DNA of 64,000 bases from Octopus sinensis (Eukaryota). The notes under the pieces are model-generated. The model had not been told where the DNA came from. It did not search any database and worked only from the letters and a program-made list of their open reading frames with translations. The translations under genes were made by a program, and so were the position numbers. The stretch covers positions 1 through 64,000 of the forward strand of contig NW_021832831.1 in the NCBI RefSeq assembly GCF_006345805.1, read 5' to 3'. Shown here piece after piece: positions 11,300-24,036 of this stretch. Each line of letters opens with the position of its first letter. Position 1 is the stretch's first letter.

Positions 11300-12330
11300 T
11301 ATTTATTGATTTATGGCAGAGAAGAGCTGGGGAACGGATGCTTGTTGAAAGAGACAATAATTAGAAGGAAAGATGGAAGCTGAGGGAAGGCCATAATTGG
11401 TAACACATAGTGTTAGGGGATGTTATAATATCAAGGAGGGATTGATGTTGGGGAGCTGAGATGTGAGGATGTTTGACAGGGCCCAGCACAAGCAAGCATA
11501 ATCAAGGTGATCTTAGGACCTTATATTTGCTGTGATGGATGGATCTTCTCAAGTATAATGAATCACCAATCATTCAGTTCTTTGTCTTCCTATGTCACCC
11601 TTTTCAACAAGTTCCATCCACTTTAAATGACCAGCATTTCTTTATGCAACTGTTCTCATCCATATACATCACATAACCAAACCAGTGCAGTCTTCATTTT
11701 TACATGTTACATTTGATTCTTTGTATGCCAATTTGCTGTACATGAAAACTGACATTGCACATCCAATGGAGCATACTAGTTTCATTCCTCTGTAGTCTTT
11801 GCATGTCCTCTATATTCAGAGTCCATATCTCACCACCATTTAACATTGTTGTTCATAGTGAAGCATTAAACAATCTACTTTTCATTCAGGGAGAGAGAGA
11901 GAGAGAGAGAGAGCAACCTTTTGTTGCAAACAGAACCAGTATTTCTCTGCACTTTATTCATCCTATTGTTCTAGCAACTGTATTTTCAGAACAGCCTCCA
12001 CCACTGCTAATTAGGTCATCTAATTTATAAAAACTATCTACTACCTTCAGGGATATATACTCTTAGTGTTTATGGCTACTGTGTATCTTCCACATACAAG
12101 CCTTCCCCATTAGCCATCCTGTGATTCCACTGCTCCACTTGTGTGTCTATAACCTGTCTGGGTGCACTGTATGGAATTCCTGCCTATACTTTTCTTGCAT
12201 ATCAGGCAGGATCATTTACCTGAAGGGAATAGTGTCTTGTCTATATTCTTGCTCTGAGAAATGAGACCATTAGCCTATAGTAGTTCCCCAGGGAGATCCA
12301 GTCTCTACTATGGCCTGGGGGTGCAATATA
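11300..12330 (-). mobile_element. Degenerate RTE-clade LINE fragment
   Basis: Aligns by eye with the minus-strand RTE copy at 37400-38100 (for example catccaatggagcatactagtttcatt). Confidence 0.65.
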
Positions 12331-12339
12331 TGAAATATG

Positions 12340-12950
12340 AGGGGACTGAAAACCAAGCTCTGGTGAACTCTTACCTATACTCTAAATCCATTGCTGATCT
12401 CCTGGTTAACTCTCACTTTACTGATAGCTCCCCTGTACATAACTTGTATGGCTTTCACCAGCTGTTCATCTACCTCTAACTTCCCCAGAGACCACTCTAT
12501 CGCAGTATGAGAGAATAAATCAAAGGCTTTTTCTAGGTTAGCAGATATATAGAGAAGGGCAGAGAGAGCAGGAGATACAGTAGAAATTGGTAGAAATGCA
12601 GGTGAAGGAGTCGGTGATATGATAGTGTTGATGATGGGTGCTGGTGAGGAGCGTTGTGTTGGAGAGGTAAGGGCATGGGCGGGAGCAGGGTAATGAGCTG
12701 GGTTGGGGGGTTGAGTTAGGGAAGAAGCTGTGGACCAAGAGGTCTTGTAGGTTGTGGGCTCATTTGAAGGAGGGGAGGGGTCAGTTAGGGAAGATGTGCG
12801 AAGTGGAGGGGTCAGACTGGAGTCACCGGAAGGCTTGGAGAATGGTGCGTTGGAGAGGTAGGATGGTGGGGTGGTAGGTGAGGAGAAACGGGAGACAGTG
12901 GGGCGGGTGCAGGGGGAGAGAGCAGATGCATGGTCCACAGAATATGCTCT
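12340..12950 (-). mobile_element. Penelope-like element fragment (Cys-rich linker and GIY-YIG)
   Basis: ORF 12538-12738: LPCSRPCPYLSNTT..YHITDSFTCISTNFYCISCSLCPSLYIC, the FTC..N.IYCI.C..C..LYIG pattern of Penelope-like endonucleases. Confidence 0.75.
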
Positions 12951-13463
12951 GGCAAGGGCAGTGAGGATAGTGGTGAGGATATATATATATATGTGTAAAT
13001 GTGTTTAACTATCTGCCTGTTTGTGTGTGTCAGTTTATCTGTTTCTCTATCTACCTACTTACACAAACCCACCACAAATCACAAAAAATATGCAGTATAT
13101 TGATTATGTTACCCTGTACTCTTCAGAGTTGTTTGGTATGGAAGAAAATTTGAAAAACAGTCACCATATTTTCTTACATATCTGCCAACTTAGAAGAGTC
13201 AGGCTTTTATCTGACATCCTACTGAACCCCAGTGCAAAACCAATTTGTAAGATTGGCCACGATGGATATATAATATTTCAAATTTACAGAAAACAAAAGA
13301 GGAAGACAGCTGAGGGAACAACAAGTAGATGTATGAATTTAACGCTCAGGAAGAATGGAAAAGTCTTTGATGTTTCAAGCTCATGCTCTTTGACAGAAAA
13401 TATTGAGAGGAAGAAAATGGAGAGAGAAAAAATGTGCAGGGATATATAAACTATATACTGTGA

Positions 13464-13503
<40 letters not shown>

Positions 13504-14169
13504 TCCTTGTCTCAACCTTGCACATTACTCATGAATGTGTCACCATCATACATTTGGTGTTGCTCATTTCCAATCATCCATAAAAACATGTCTTGTCATG
13601 CAGAAAACAACATTCTTGGAATCAAGGGAAGGTTGGGGAAAAGAGTGCAATCCAATCAGAGAAAATCTGTCTCGGTGAATTCTTTCTCACTCATGTTAGC
13701 ATGGAAATGTGGACATTAAAATGATGATGAAGTACTTCATATATTTGTAGACAATATTTATTTGTTGGTTTGACCTAAATTATCCTATTTTAACTCCTTG
13801 TTCTGGCTTTCCAGCCAATTTGAAAGTCTGTCCCAGTTTTTAATAATCTTGAAATATTTATTTGTTACTATCTTTATTATTTGACAGAAAGGTGCAAGAC
13901 ATTGGTGCTAATTAGTCTTACTAAACCATAATGAAACACTTGTAGCAGGAACCCTGTTGTAACTTGAAATTAAAATCTTGTACTTCATTCATACACACGG
14001 AAAAAGTCCAAATATTTAGAATTGTTCCCTCTGTTTCAAAAATGAAGGAAACAGATGACCATTGGAAAACCAGATTGTCCCTGGAGAAACTAACTAGTGA
14101 CTGAGATTCTTGTGTTGAGACAAACAATGGCATTCTCTGAACTATGACATGTTCAAGTATTTATAATTG

Positions 14170-15150
14170 TTAAAATTAGGCCTTTTATTACATACATTTT
14201 CCATGAGAAAGGCAGAAACACTGCAAAGCTTGTTTGATTTAATTTGTCTTGCAAGTATCTCACCAAAAGTGGCTGCTGAAGAAGTTAATTTTGCTTTTCA
14301 TACTGTTTCACATGACTTGAATTTCAAAACATCTGACTATATGAAAGATGATCTCCACACATTTTAGCCAAAGTTGTTGCTAGTCCTGACAAAATGGGAA
14401 CCTGTAAATTTTTATGCAAAATTTGGAAGGTGCTATATTGGCATTAACTGAAGCTGAGGTGTACATATTGTGTACAACTTCATACCAATTAATATCAAAT
14501 AACTCCTGAAAATATTAAAAATATTTTCTTATATATACAGGTCATTTAATGTCTCTAAAAGAATTTTGTGACTTTGCCAGTGTGGGATACAAAAACATGA
14601 GACCACATGGTAATATATCAGCAGTTGAAATAATTCTTCACAATTGTTCTAGCAGAATTGTGCTGAGACTGGCAAAACAGAAAGATATGTTTTTAGTTGA
14701 ATATGATAGCTCAATTTTTCAAGAAACAGGAGTACAATACTAAGTAGCAGGAGAAAAAACTCTGAATTTGTACCTCAAAATGGAAAGGTTTTGCAGAGAA
14801 ACCAGGACAAAAAATTAGGAAAAGCATTGGAAAAGTGAAGAAAGAGTGTAAAAGTTTTATGAAAGATGTCTCCCATACCTAACCTATGGAAAGAGAACTT
14901 TAAACCAGCAGAAGACTGTTGTGGGTAGATATTTTGGCCAATTGTTCAACAGTCTACAGTTAAAATCAAAGGATTGAAAACCAAGTAGTAAACATTGGTC
15001 AGTTATTTGATGTGGCTGTTATTGCAAAGTCTTTGAGCTTCTAAAGCAGAAGTTTGGGCAACACAAAACTTTATGCATGTAAAATAGTGGCCAAATTATT
15101 TGCTCATTGCTAAGAGAAAATCTTAGTGCTGTAGTATTCATTCACTATCT
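14170..15150 (+). pseudogene. Degenerate hAT-like transposase
   Basis: KVAAEEVNFAFHTVSHDLNFKTSD (ORF 14167) and LKEFCDFASVGYKNM..AVEIIL (ORF 14549) resemble hAT motifs AAE...YHTVKH..SF.S.DC and LK.FC.F....YK.LL....RWL. Recognised from memory. Confidence 0.6.
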
Positions 15151-16149
15151 ACATAGTACTTTTGCACCAGTGCATATGTGGTCAGAAAAGAGGTGCAAGT
15201 TAAAAGTCAGTGGTTTTCTAATTACTAAAATAAACACTCACCTAAGCTGCTCAGATATTTTTGATAAAATTTAAAATATCAAATTTCTCATGAAAATATT
15301 TCCGAAAGAACAGTTGGCAGTTGAATAAGATGTTACTTGTCAATAGAGACAGATAATTGTATACACTGATTCTATCAGGTACGGAACTAGCAGCTTTGTA
15401 CATCTGATTCCTGTCCCTTTGTCTCATACCCAGCTGTTCAACCTTCTAAGTGAGAAAGATCAATCTTACCAGTTCACATGTATCACTTGCGTACTTGCTA
15501 GGAATTGCCTTCATATAAGAACAAAATAGGCAGTTATGTTAATACAGTTGCAGTGAAAAGTCCTCCCGATGGCCCACTCTTCTTTAACACCCATCCCATA
15601 TGCTGTAACTCTTCATCATTCATGGTATTTCCACTGTCCCAAGTTTCAGTTCCTATAATCCTGGTTTCAATCTAAAAAATATAGTGAGTCTACACTCACA
15701 CACACTTGCACACACAAACATATATAGTTTAAAGAAAATAAACGTTAAAAAGGTCAACGCCAGAAGAAAGAAAGTTTGATAACTATGTTATTGGTTTAAT
15801 GCTTGTATATATATATATCATATATATATGTATGTTGTTAATGTACGCAGTATATAGTTTTATATACTGAAGATATTATCTTGTCAAGTTTTAAAGTATG
15901 CCTATGTTTGGTGAAAAAAATGGAAAAAGAAGGCAAAAAAGAATTAGTTACATCCCCTTTTAACTGTAGAATCATAAGGCTAGATGGGCAGAATCAATGG
16001 AAGGGGTCTAAAGTGTGCAAAACAGCTTCTCAGTCTGGTGAGGTTGGTATTCTCCAGTTTGCCAAAAGAAACTTTGCCATATGTTTACATTTGCTGAAAT
16101 TTCTGATCTGGAATTCAACAGTGTGGTGGAAGTTTTAGATCTAAAAAGG

Positions 16150-16900
16150 ATGTGTAAAACTGCATAACTTGCATTTGTTTTATCCATTACATATGACATG
16201 GATTTTTCTATAGTTTTCCACTTGATTGTATGTGGTGTGGAGTATGTCTTAAAACCCGTATATGGCCAGCTGACTGAGCAGCTTTAGTTTTGTCTATGTG
16301 CCGGAAAAACATAGGTGTTCAGTGTGGCATTTTTTTAAGTTGCCTTTATACAACCTGATGTAATTCTTCTTTTTAGTTATGTTATCATATAGTGTAACTA
16401 TAATTTCTGCTTCATATAAGATGAAGTTTATTGTGCACCCCTAGTTGAGTGGACAATGAATGGACAAGCTTCAGAGTCTCAGCAGTTATAACTGGAAGTG
16501 GCTCTTGGTGGTGTTATGGATGATGCTGCTCTTTATATTGGGGGCAGCAGCTTTATGATAATTATTTATCTGTTAAAGATCTTTCTGTACTTGTGATTTT
16601 CTGGGAAACGCTTATCTAAGAGAGAGAGAGAGATTTTTAAACTAAATTAGCTTTAACATTTTGGGAGAGTGAGGGCAAACTAAATGAATTTCCTATTCTA
16701 AGGTGCATTTTTATTATTCGTATTATTACTAGAAATGTTGCAATATAAATTATCTTTGAAGCTACTATTACCTAGGACATTTTCATAGTAAGAGGCTTAT
16801 CAAAATCTCTTTAGAGGAGAGAGGTTGAATATCCTGCTATTAATGTTTAGCTATCAGTTTCTAAACCTGGTAGCGAAACTGTTTGTGAGTGCAGTTAAAT
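16150..16900 (-). mobile_element. Very degenerate Penelope-like GIY-YIG fragment
   Basis: Minus-strand translation near 16330-16500 gives CNC*DSEACP and KNYIRLYKGNLKKCHTEH, resembling CNC....CPL..C and YIG.TE..FK.R..H. Confidence 0.45.
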
Positions 16901-17289
16901 TTCTTGTTGCGCTTATGGTATGGTTTATTAGAGTGAAAGTTTAGATCTAGGGAAACATCTTAAAATTGACTTTTAACAAATCAGTCATGACTGTGATTTT
17001 GAGGCTTAATTGACTAAGGTAGTGAGTATGATCATTGCGGCCATGAGAAATTCCCAATCCATTGTTTAGGTGTAGACCAACATTGTGGGATGGGAACATT
17101 GAACAATTCATTTGTATCAGATTTTTTAATCCATGGCTATCACTTACTTATCTACTTGCCCTCTTATCCCAGTCACACTCTTACTATCCTCTCTCACTCA
17201 TGCTATTTCCTCCAACACTGTTCTATCTAACTATTCAGCTGGCAGAGTCTCTTTCACCTTACAGTGTAGAAGGCAATCACTACTAAAAT

Positions 17290-17600
17290 TCCACTCATAT
17301 CATTCTATAAAGTGGTTGATGAACTGTCTAGGATTAGTTGATAACTTATATTACCTAATTAATGAAAAGGGCAGGGGATCAGAGAGCATAGTAGTGAAAG
17401 TAAGAACTGATTGGAAGAAGTTCAGGAAGTTATTACCTCTACTGGCAACAAAGGGTTTTTTCTCAGAGTGTAAGATGGATTACATGATGATTGTATATGA
17501 AGTGTGATGCTGTTTAAAAGTGAGACATGGGCCTCTTTGAGTGCAGATTTATGAAGAGTAGAATTAAATGACCGAACATAGTCTGTTGGATGTGTAATAG
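17290..17600 (+). mobile_element. RTE LINE fragment
   Basis: ORF 17133: GSESIVVKVRTDWKKFRKLLPLLATKGF matches the RTE segment AESVTARVRIAWAKFRELLPLLVTKG. Confidence 0.75.
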
Positions 17601-20246
17601 TATACTATACTCGTGTAAGTATAGCATATACTATACTAGTGTAAATATGTATCATATATTATGGTTGCAAAATGAAATACTCTGACCTTGATACCAATTT
17701 ATATGCATGTACTGTTTGCCAGAATGTGTTTATATGTAAATTAATCTATCCAGTTGTGTCACACTGTTCAACTTATTGGGTATTTAAGCAATGTGTCCAT
17801 GGACTGTTGTTGGTTGGATGTGGAGTTAATGAAAGAGCTATAACTCTTGAAATATGTAAATACACCCATTACCTGCTTTTTCTCTCTTCAAATGCATTGT
17901 TTACATAGACATATTCATTCGCAAATATTGTAACTGGCAGTGCTGACTCTGGAAAGCTATCACTATAAAGCACCTTAGGAGGGAAACAAGTACAGTTTGA
18001 CAATACAAGAATACAGTTTGCTTGATCATTTTTCGTCAAAATCATATTTCATTTGAAAGTTTTCTATGTGAACTTTCTTCTCATATAATTTGAATCAAAA
18101 TCAGACTCATGGCATATTATGCCATGTTCCTTCAATCACCCTGGTATTTCTACTCATTCACAAAGTTTGTCCAATTTTTTTTTTTTTTGACTACTGAAAG
18201 GTAACTCTCATCTTTGTTCAGTGTGCTGGAGCACTTAACTTGATTCTTTTAGAGATAACACTGTCATGAAAAGGACTTTTACTGCTTTATTTTGATATAA
18301 AAATCAATGAAAGTAGGTTAAATAATCCCTATGACATAGAAAGGTCAAAATTTTATCATCAACTTTCACTTAGAAAATAATACATTTTCTTCAAGATTTT
18401 TATGTCATAAGAAAGAAAATTACTTGCCAGTTAGATTGATCATTGCTGAATCTGTCCACAGTATGGTGAAAAAGTGCAAAGTCAATAAAGAGAGTGGTAC
18501 ACTGACACTACTAGTCAAAGTGACATATTCCTCTGTGGTAATAGAACACAAATCTGAGGTTTCAGAATCCAAGGCTCTGTTTTGAGCCAGAGTTTCAAGA
18601 AATGAACTAAGTAAACATATTTCTATAGAAAAATGCACTAAATTGAGCTGCATCGGACTTCTAGAACCCATAATTAGCATAGAATGATTGTATTGTGAAT
18701 CTTTATTCCCTCTTGTGTAACAAAGTGTGGAGATTGATGTCTGAATTATACCTTGTGGATATTCTTGTACATGTAAATTTCATTGTCCTTTGAGAAATAT
18801 TGGTAAATTTTGCAAACACAATTATATTGTACAATGAATATTATTTTGTAGACTATTTAGGTTCAATATGAAGCATTTTCTTTCCCAATTTTGAATATAG
18901 TTGGATAATTGTAGTAGTGTTTACATATTCATTTTAGGTTTTTGTCTCTCTCTCCTACTAACAAGTTTGCTATGGTACATATGTTTTTAATATCTTTAAT
19001 TCAAGCTTTTAATGCCAAAGCAAGGAATTAGATTTCACATTTTGTTTGTCTTTTAATCTGGGTCTACATGCAATTTTGAGAAAGGTGTCAGGTCATCATG
19101 TCATGTGCTAGAAGCAACAGCTAAATCTTCTGTAAATCACACACTTTTTCATTTGAAAATGTTTTCAAAGATCATTTCATAATTAAAACGTTTCTCTTGT
19201 TTTTTTAAGTGCATTGTACAAAAAAAAAAGAGGCCAAAATCAGTCCAGAGGGGAGGGAAGGAGGCTGGAAAAAATCATAGATTTTCAAGAAATTTTTCTA
19301 TAATATACCTTGCCCTGTCATTTCCAGGCGGTGGTGAAAAGAAAATTGGAAAAATCCCCATAAAAATTCAGCTTAAATGGACATCCTGATCCCAAACTCT
19401 GCTGCTTATAGCCATTTTTAATAGTCCATTAAAATTGTATTGAAATGGTGTTATGATCCCAAATCTCAGGATTTATTTAGCTTGTATCTATTACAAATAT
19501 GCCAAAACTCAAGTCCTTGTGACTTGTACTTTTGAATTTAGCTAAGTCTGAAAACACTGAAATTGACTGTTACATGTAACAAAATAGGTTTTACATAAAT
19601 ATTTTAAAAATTGCTCCCAAACAAAGTTTTATTTCAAAAACCTTAAAAAAAAAAAAAGAAAGAAAAAGAAAGGCACCTATTTGTGTAATACAAAGTTGGT
19701 TATCACCTCAGTTTCAAAGATATATTACAAAATGGTCAATTATTCATGTAGGCTAATTAGGCAAGATTTTAACAAATTTACTGGCCACCCAGTCGTCATG
19801 TCTCATAAAATATTCATTCAAATTTCACAAATGAGGTATCAAAATGTTTGTTTTTGGATGCTCTCCAAGAAAATGTACAGTAGAATTACATTTAAAAGTT
19901 TCAAAAATTCATAGTGACCCCTATAGAAAATCATATTTTACTTGGATGTTCTGAGGTATTTGAAAGAGAGAGTGTAATGGAAGATGCTAAAAATATGACT
20001 AAACAAAACACTGATGTTCTTTTGTTTTTTCTTTGTATTTTTCAGATTAACTGTGTCTAGTATTTTTATTACTTATCCTCTATACTGCTCTTCATAATTT
20101 CACCATGATTCTACTTGCTCATGGGTTCCTGATTTTGCAAAGACAAGTTCCTATGATTTATGTTAAATTATTTTTACACTATTATTTTGCATCATGGACT
20201 ATTTGTAGAAATTGTTCCTATCAGTATTTATCATTTTTCTTTGTAG

Positions 20247-20304
20247 ATAATGGAATTTAACCCGTTATATTTGAAATACTTGTTCCTTGCACAATGCTTC
20301 TGTG
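20247..20304 (+). CDS. Probable first coding exon of a host gene (signal peptide MEFNPLYLKYLFLAQCFC-)
   Basis: Acceptor atcatttttctttgtag|, ATG at 20250, donor G|GTAAGT at 20304/20305. Ends in phase 1, which matches the exon at 31663. Confidence 0.7.
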
Positions 20305-20419
20305 GTAAGTAACAATATGTTTCTTATATAAACATTTTTATTCAGAATTTTTAATTGTCATAGAATTTGGCTGCTATTTCTAGCAGATTGATTTGAACCT
20401 GACTAGCCTACATCTATTT

Positions 20420-20620
20420 CATATCTACTATATATTGGCACAGTTATAGCTGTGTGATTTAATAGTTAAGTGCAGACATGGCTAAGAAGTTCGTGTTCCA
20501 AACATTGTAGCTTTGGGTTCAGTTTCACTGCATGACACCTTAAGCAAGTATGTTATACTATAGCTCCAGATCAACCAAAGCATTCTGAGTAGATGTGGCA
20601 GATATAACTGAAAGGCCATC
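20420..20620 (+). mobile_element. Degenerate tRNA-derived SINE
   Basis: tRNA-like head, then ...gggttcagtttcactgcatgacaccttaagcaag...actatagc..ccaaagc, and a (TA)n tail. Same family as 34997-35160. Confidence 0.55.
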
Positions 20621-20637
20621 ATATATATATATATATA

Positions 20638-21855
20638 TCTTAATAAAAAGGCAGATTTTCTCTGCTTGTTACCATGTTCGTATTTAATACAATTCTACAA
20701 TATAGAATTTCTTCAATTGGAATTTACCTATGATTTTTCGAACTAGATTTGATTGGGTCATGGCGTATAAAGTTTTTTCAATTTGACCCCCAATTAAGCA
20801 AAATTCGAGAAAAGTAAATATTTTACGATTTGCCTCTCTAATTTCAACTGCTACACGCCTGCTATTACCACACTTTCTCCTACTTTCTCTTTGCAAGTGT
20901 ACCTTAAACAGTACTCAAAAAATACAGAGCAAACAGAAACAAATAAATACATAACGATTTACTCCTCACACAATTCTTCAATTGGAATTTACCTATGATT
21001 TTTCGAAGTACATTCCATTCGGACATGGCATATAAATTTCTTTCAATTTGACCCCCAATTAAGCAAAAATTTGAGAAAACTCAATATTTTACGATTTCCC
21101 TCTCTCACTTCAAAGGCTTTACTCCGCCTATTACCACACTTTCTCCTACTTTCTCTTTACACACATAGACACGCAAACATATACATATATGACAGTGACA
21201 AACACAAACGTTTCAAACAACTACATACAAATACTCAAACACACACACACACACGTGTGTGTTTGTTATTAGTAAAAAAGGCACCAAACACAATTCACTT
21301 TCTCATTCGAACACATTTGCAAACACACAGCAACAATTCACTGACATATGGTGAGTAGATGCTAGCCGCTCACATTAATGAGTTACACTATTACACCAAT
21401 TGTACTGGGACTGTTGTCTACTTCCCGTTAGTTTTTAGTGTCGAGAAAACAAAACTTTCTCGAGAAAGAACAAAAAAAACACTCCTAGATTTCACAAAGG
21501 ACTTTAAGAAACGATAGGAAGTAAGTTCAGTTGAAGAAAAGAGACGGATTTAAGGAAATCAGACGGTCGAATTAGAATGATAACTCAACAGAAAAGGTAA
21601 ATTGGTTTTTATTTACTTTCTGTCGCTAAGTTTTCGTAGTATTAATTTGTGAGCGTACTTCAGTTGTCAATTGTTGAAAGAAAATTGTAAGCTAAGAAGG
21701 TGTGTGTGTGTGCGTGTGTGTGTGAGTGTGTGTAGGAAGTGAAGGATAAAAATATGGCAAGAAGTGGACAGATGTACATATATATATACATACATCCATA
21801 CATACATGTGTGTGTGTGTGTGTTTGTATGTATGTGTATTAATGTGTGTGTGTTA
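20638..21855 (+). mobile_element. Helitron-type family B with an internal ~200-bp duplication
   Basis: 5' TCttaataaaaaggcagatttt as at 685. 20700-20900 is repeated at about 20975-21170. Confidence 0.6.
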
Positions 21856-22212
21856 TCTCTCTCTATATAAAGCTGAAGTTGTCTGTGTGCGCCAGGTTTG
21901 GTAGCCTTCAACTAACACTATCTCCTCCGAGACCCTGCGGCGCAAGTTGACCAAAATTGAGAGTATGATAGAAGGGTTGCTCTTCCTTCCGTAGAAGATA
22001 AAATTCAAATCGGACCATGTTAACACCAAAAATTATTTACATCAAAAAGGTGCATTTTTCACTGCTGTGTCGCCACTTTTCGGTGTATTTCAACCACAAA
22101 AATGTTCACTTGAAGGGAATAACAAGCTACATAATGCAAAATTTTTACTTTTCAAAAATTCCAATTCCAGCGGGTCGAAACAAACCTGAGCAACGCCAGG
22201 TGATACTGCTAG
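21856..22212 (+). mobile_element. Non-autonomous Helitron
   Basis: A|TCtctctctatataaagctgaag at the 5' end. 3' hairpin cctgagcaacgccagg, then CTAG|T at 22209-22213. Confidence 0.8.
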
Positions 22213-22225
22213 TATATATATATAA

Positions 22226-23525
22226 ATCCCTTCAGGTAGATGGCTCTGCTCGATCTGTAGGAAAGGCATAGGTAGAGACTTTATAAGATGTACCCAGTAT
22301 AAGCTATGGACACATAAGTGGTTCAGCAATATCAAAGGAAGGCCAACTGGGAAGATAGTTTTTGTATTTGGCAGATGCTCAAGAGCAATAAACACTGAAA
22401 ATATGCAGAGAACAATTTCCGCAACATTCCAGGGAGAAAAACTAGTAGTTGATAGCTTCCATTACCTAGGTGACCAAGTCAGTAGCGGGGGAAGGTGCGC
22501 TGAAAGTGTAGCTGCTAGAATAAGAATAGCCTGGGCAAAGTTCAGAGAGCTCTTACCTCTGCTGGTAACAAAGCGCCTCTCGCTCAGAGTAAAAGGTAGG
22601 CTGTATGACACATGTGTACGAACAGCCATGCCATACGGCAGTGAAACATGGGCCATGACTGCTGATGACATGCATAAGCTGGCAAGGAATGAAGCCAGTA
22701 TGCTCCAATTGATGTGTAATGTCAGAGTGTAAGTACCTTGAGAGAAAAGTTGGGCCTAAGAAGCATCAGATGTGGTGTGCAAGAGAGATGACTGCGCTGG
22801 TATGGTCATGTGGTGAGAAAGGATGAGGATAGCTGGTATGGTCATGCGTTGCGTATGGATAAGGACAGCTGTGTGAAGAAGTGTCATACCCTAACAGTGG
22901 AGGGAACTTGTGGAAGAGGTAGACCCAGGAAGACCTGGGATGGGGTGGTGAAGCACGACCTTTGAACATTAGGTTTCACTGAGGCAATGACTAGTGACCG
23001 AGACCTTTGGAAATATGCTGTGCATGAGAAGACTCGGCAAGCCAAGTGAGACCATAACCGTGGCCTATGCCAGGGATATAACCAGCCCACTTATGAGTAC
23101 CTTTCCTTCACTGGACACTAAACTATGCTTGCAAAGACCTGTTGAGGTAAATGAAATTGAAATGAAATTGGATGACTGGCATCAGTGCTAGTGGGGCGCT
23201 AAGAGCACCATCTGAGCATGATTGTTGCCAGAGCAGCTGACTAGCTTCTGTGCCGGTGGCACGTAAAAAGCACCATTTGAGCGTAATCATTAGCAGTGTC
23301 GCCTTACTGGCACTTGTGCCAGTGACATGTAGAAAAACATTCGAGCGTGGTTGTTGCCAGTGCCGCCGGACTGGCTCCCATGCAGGTTGCACGTAAAAAA
23401 CATCATTTGAGCATGGCCATTGCTAGTACCGCCTGAAAGGCCCTCATGTCAGTGGCACGTAAAAGCATCCACTACACTCTCAGAGTGGTTAGTGTTAGGA
23501 AGGGCATCCAGCTGTAGAAACTCTG
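22226..23525 (+). mobile_element. 5'-truncated RTE LINE (PHD region to 3' UTR)
   Basis: ORF 22403: EKLVVDSFHYLGDQ..IAWAKFRELLPLLVTK. The 3' UTR has gtgcc-ggt-ggcac repeats and ends at aggaagggcatccagctgtagaaa. Confidence 0.9.
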
Positions 23526-23582
23526 AAATCAGAAATACTAAATTTCTAAATCTCTCGTAGAGACGTGTACAGTGGTGGGGCG

Positions 23583-23947
23583 ATAGAATGGTTGTATACT
23601 GTCAATCTAACATGAACGTGACAGTAGGAGGGGGGGATTTTGATAACCAGTGAATAGACTTCACTGAAATTAGAAATATACATTACGAGTCGAGGCAGAT
23701 ATCAATAGCTGACCGGTGTCTGCTAGTCTAGGCCGACAAAGGACAATGATCCTGAAACACGCGTGTCTCTAGATGCAGCCCTGGCGGCTGGGGGTATTTG
23801 TCTCCCCTTCGTAAATGTATATAAGGACACAGGAAAAATGTGTCAAAGCCATCAGGAGGCGTCGATGCTTCCTAGGGCTAAACAGCGGTGGTGTACCCTC
23901 CCCTACTGTCACGTTCATGTTAGATTGACAGTATACAACCATTCTAT
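23583..23947. mobile_element. MITE-like element with perfect 46-bp terminal inverted repeats
   Basis: 23583-23628 is the exact reverse complement of 23902-23947. No TSD is evident. Confidence 0.8.
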
Positions 23948-23964
23948 ATATTTATATATATATT

Positions 23965-23997
<33 letters not shown>

Positions 23998-24005
23998 TAT
24001 ATATA

Positions 24006-24029
<24 letters not shown>

Positions 24030-24036
<7 letters not shown>

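Noticed and set aside
12375-12938. 187-aa Pro/Ser/Thr-rich ORF (mucin-like)
   Set aside because: It is an off-frame reading of a Penelope-like fragment fused to RTE sequence.
13021-13449. 142-aa plus-strand ORF
   Set aside because: No recognisable motif and no convincing splice signals; both ends run from and into simple repeats.
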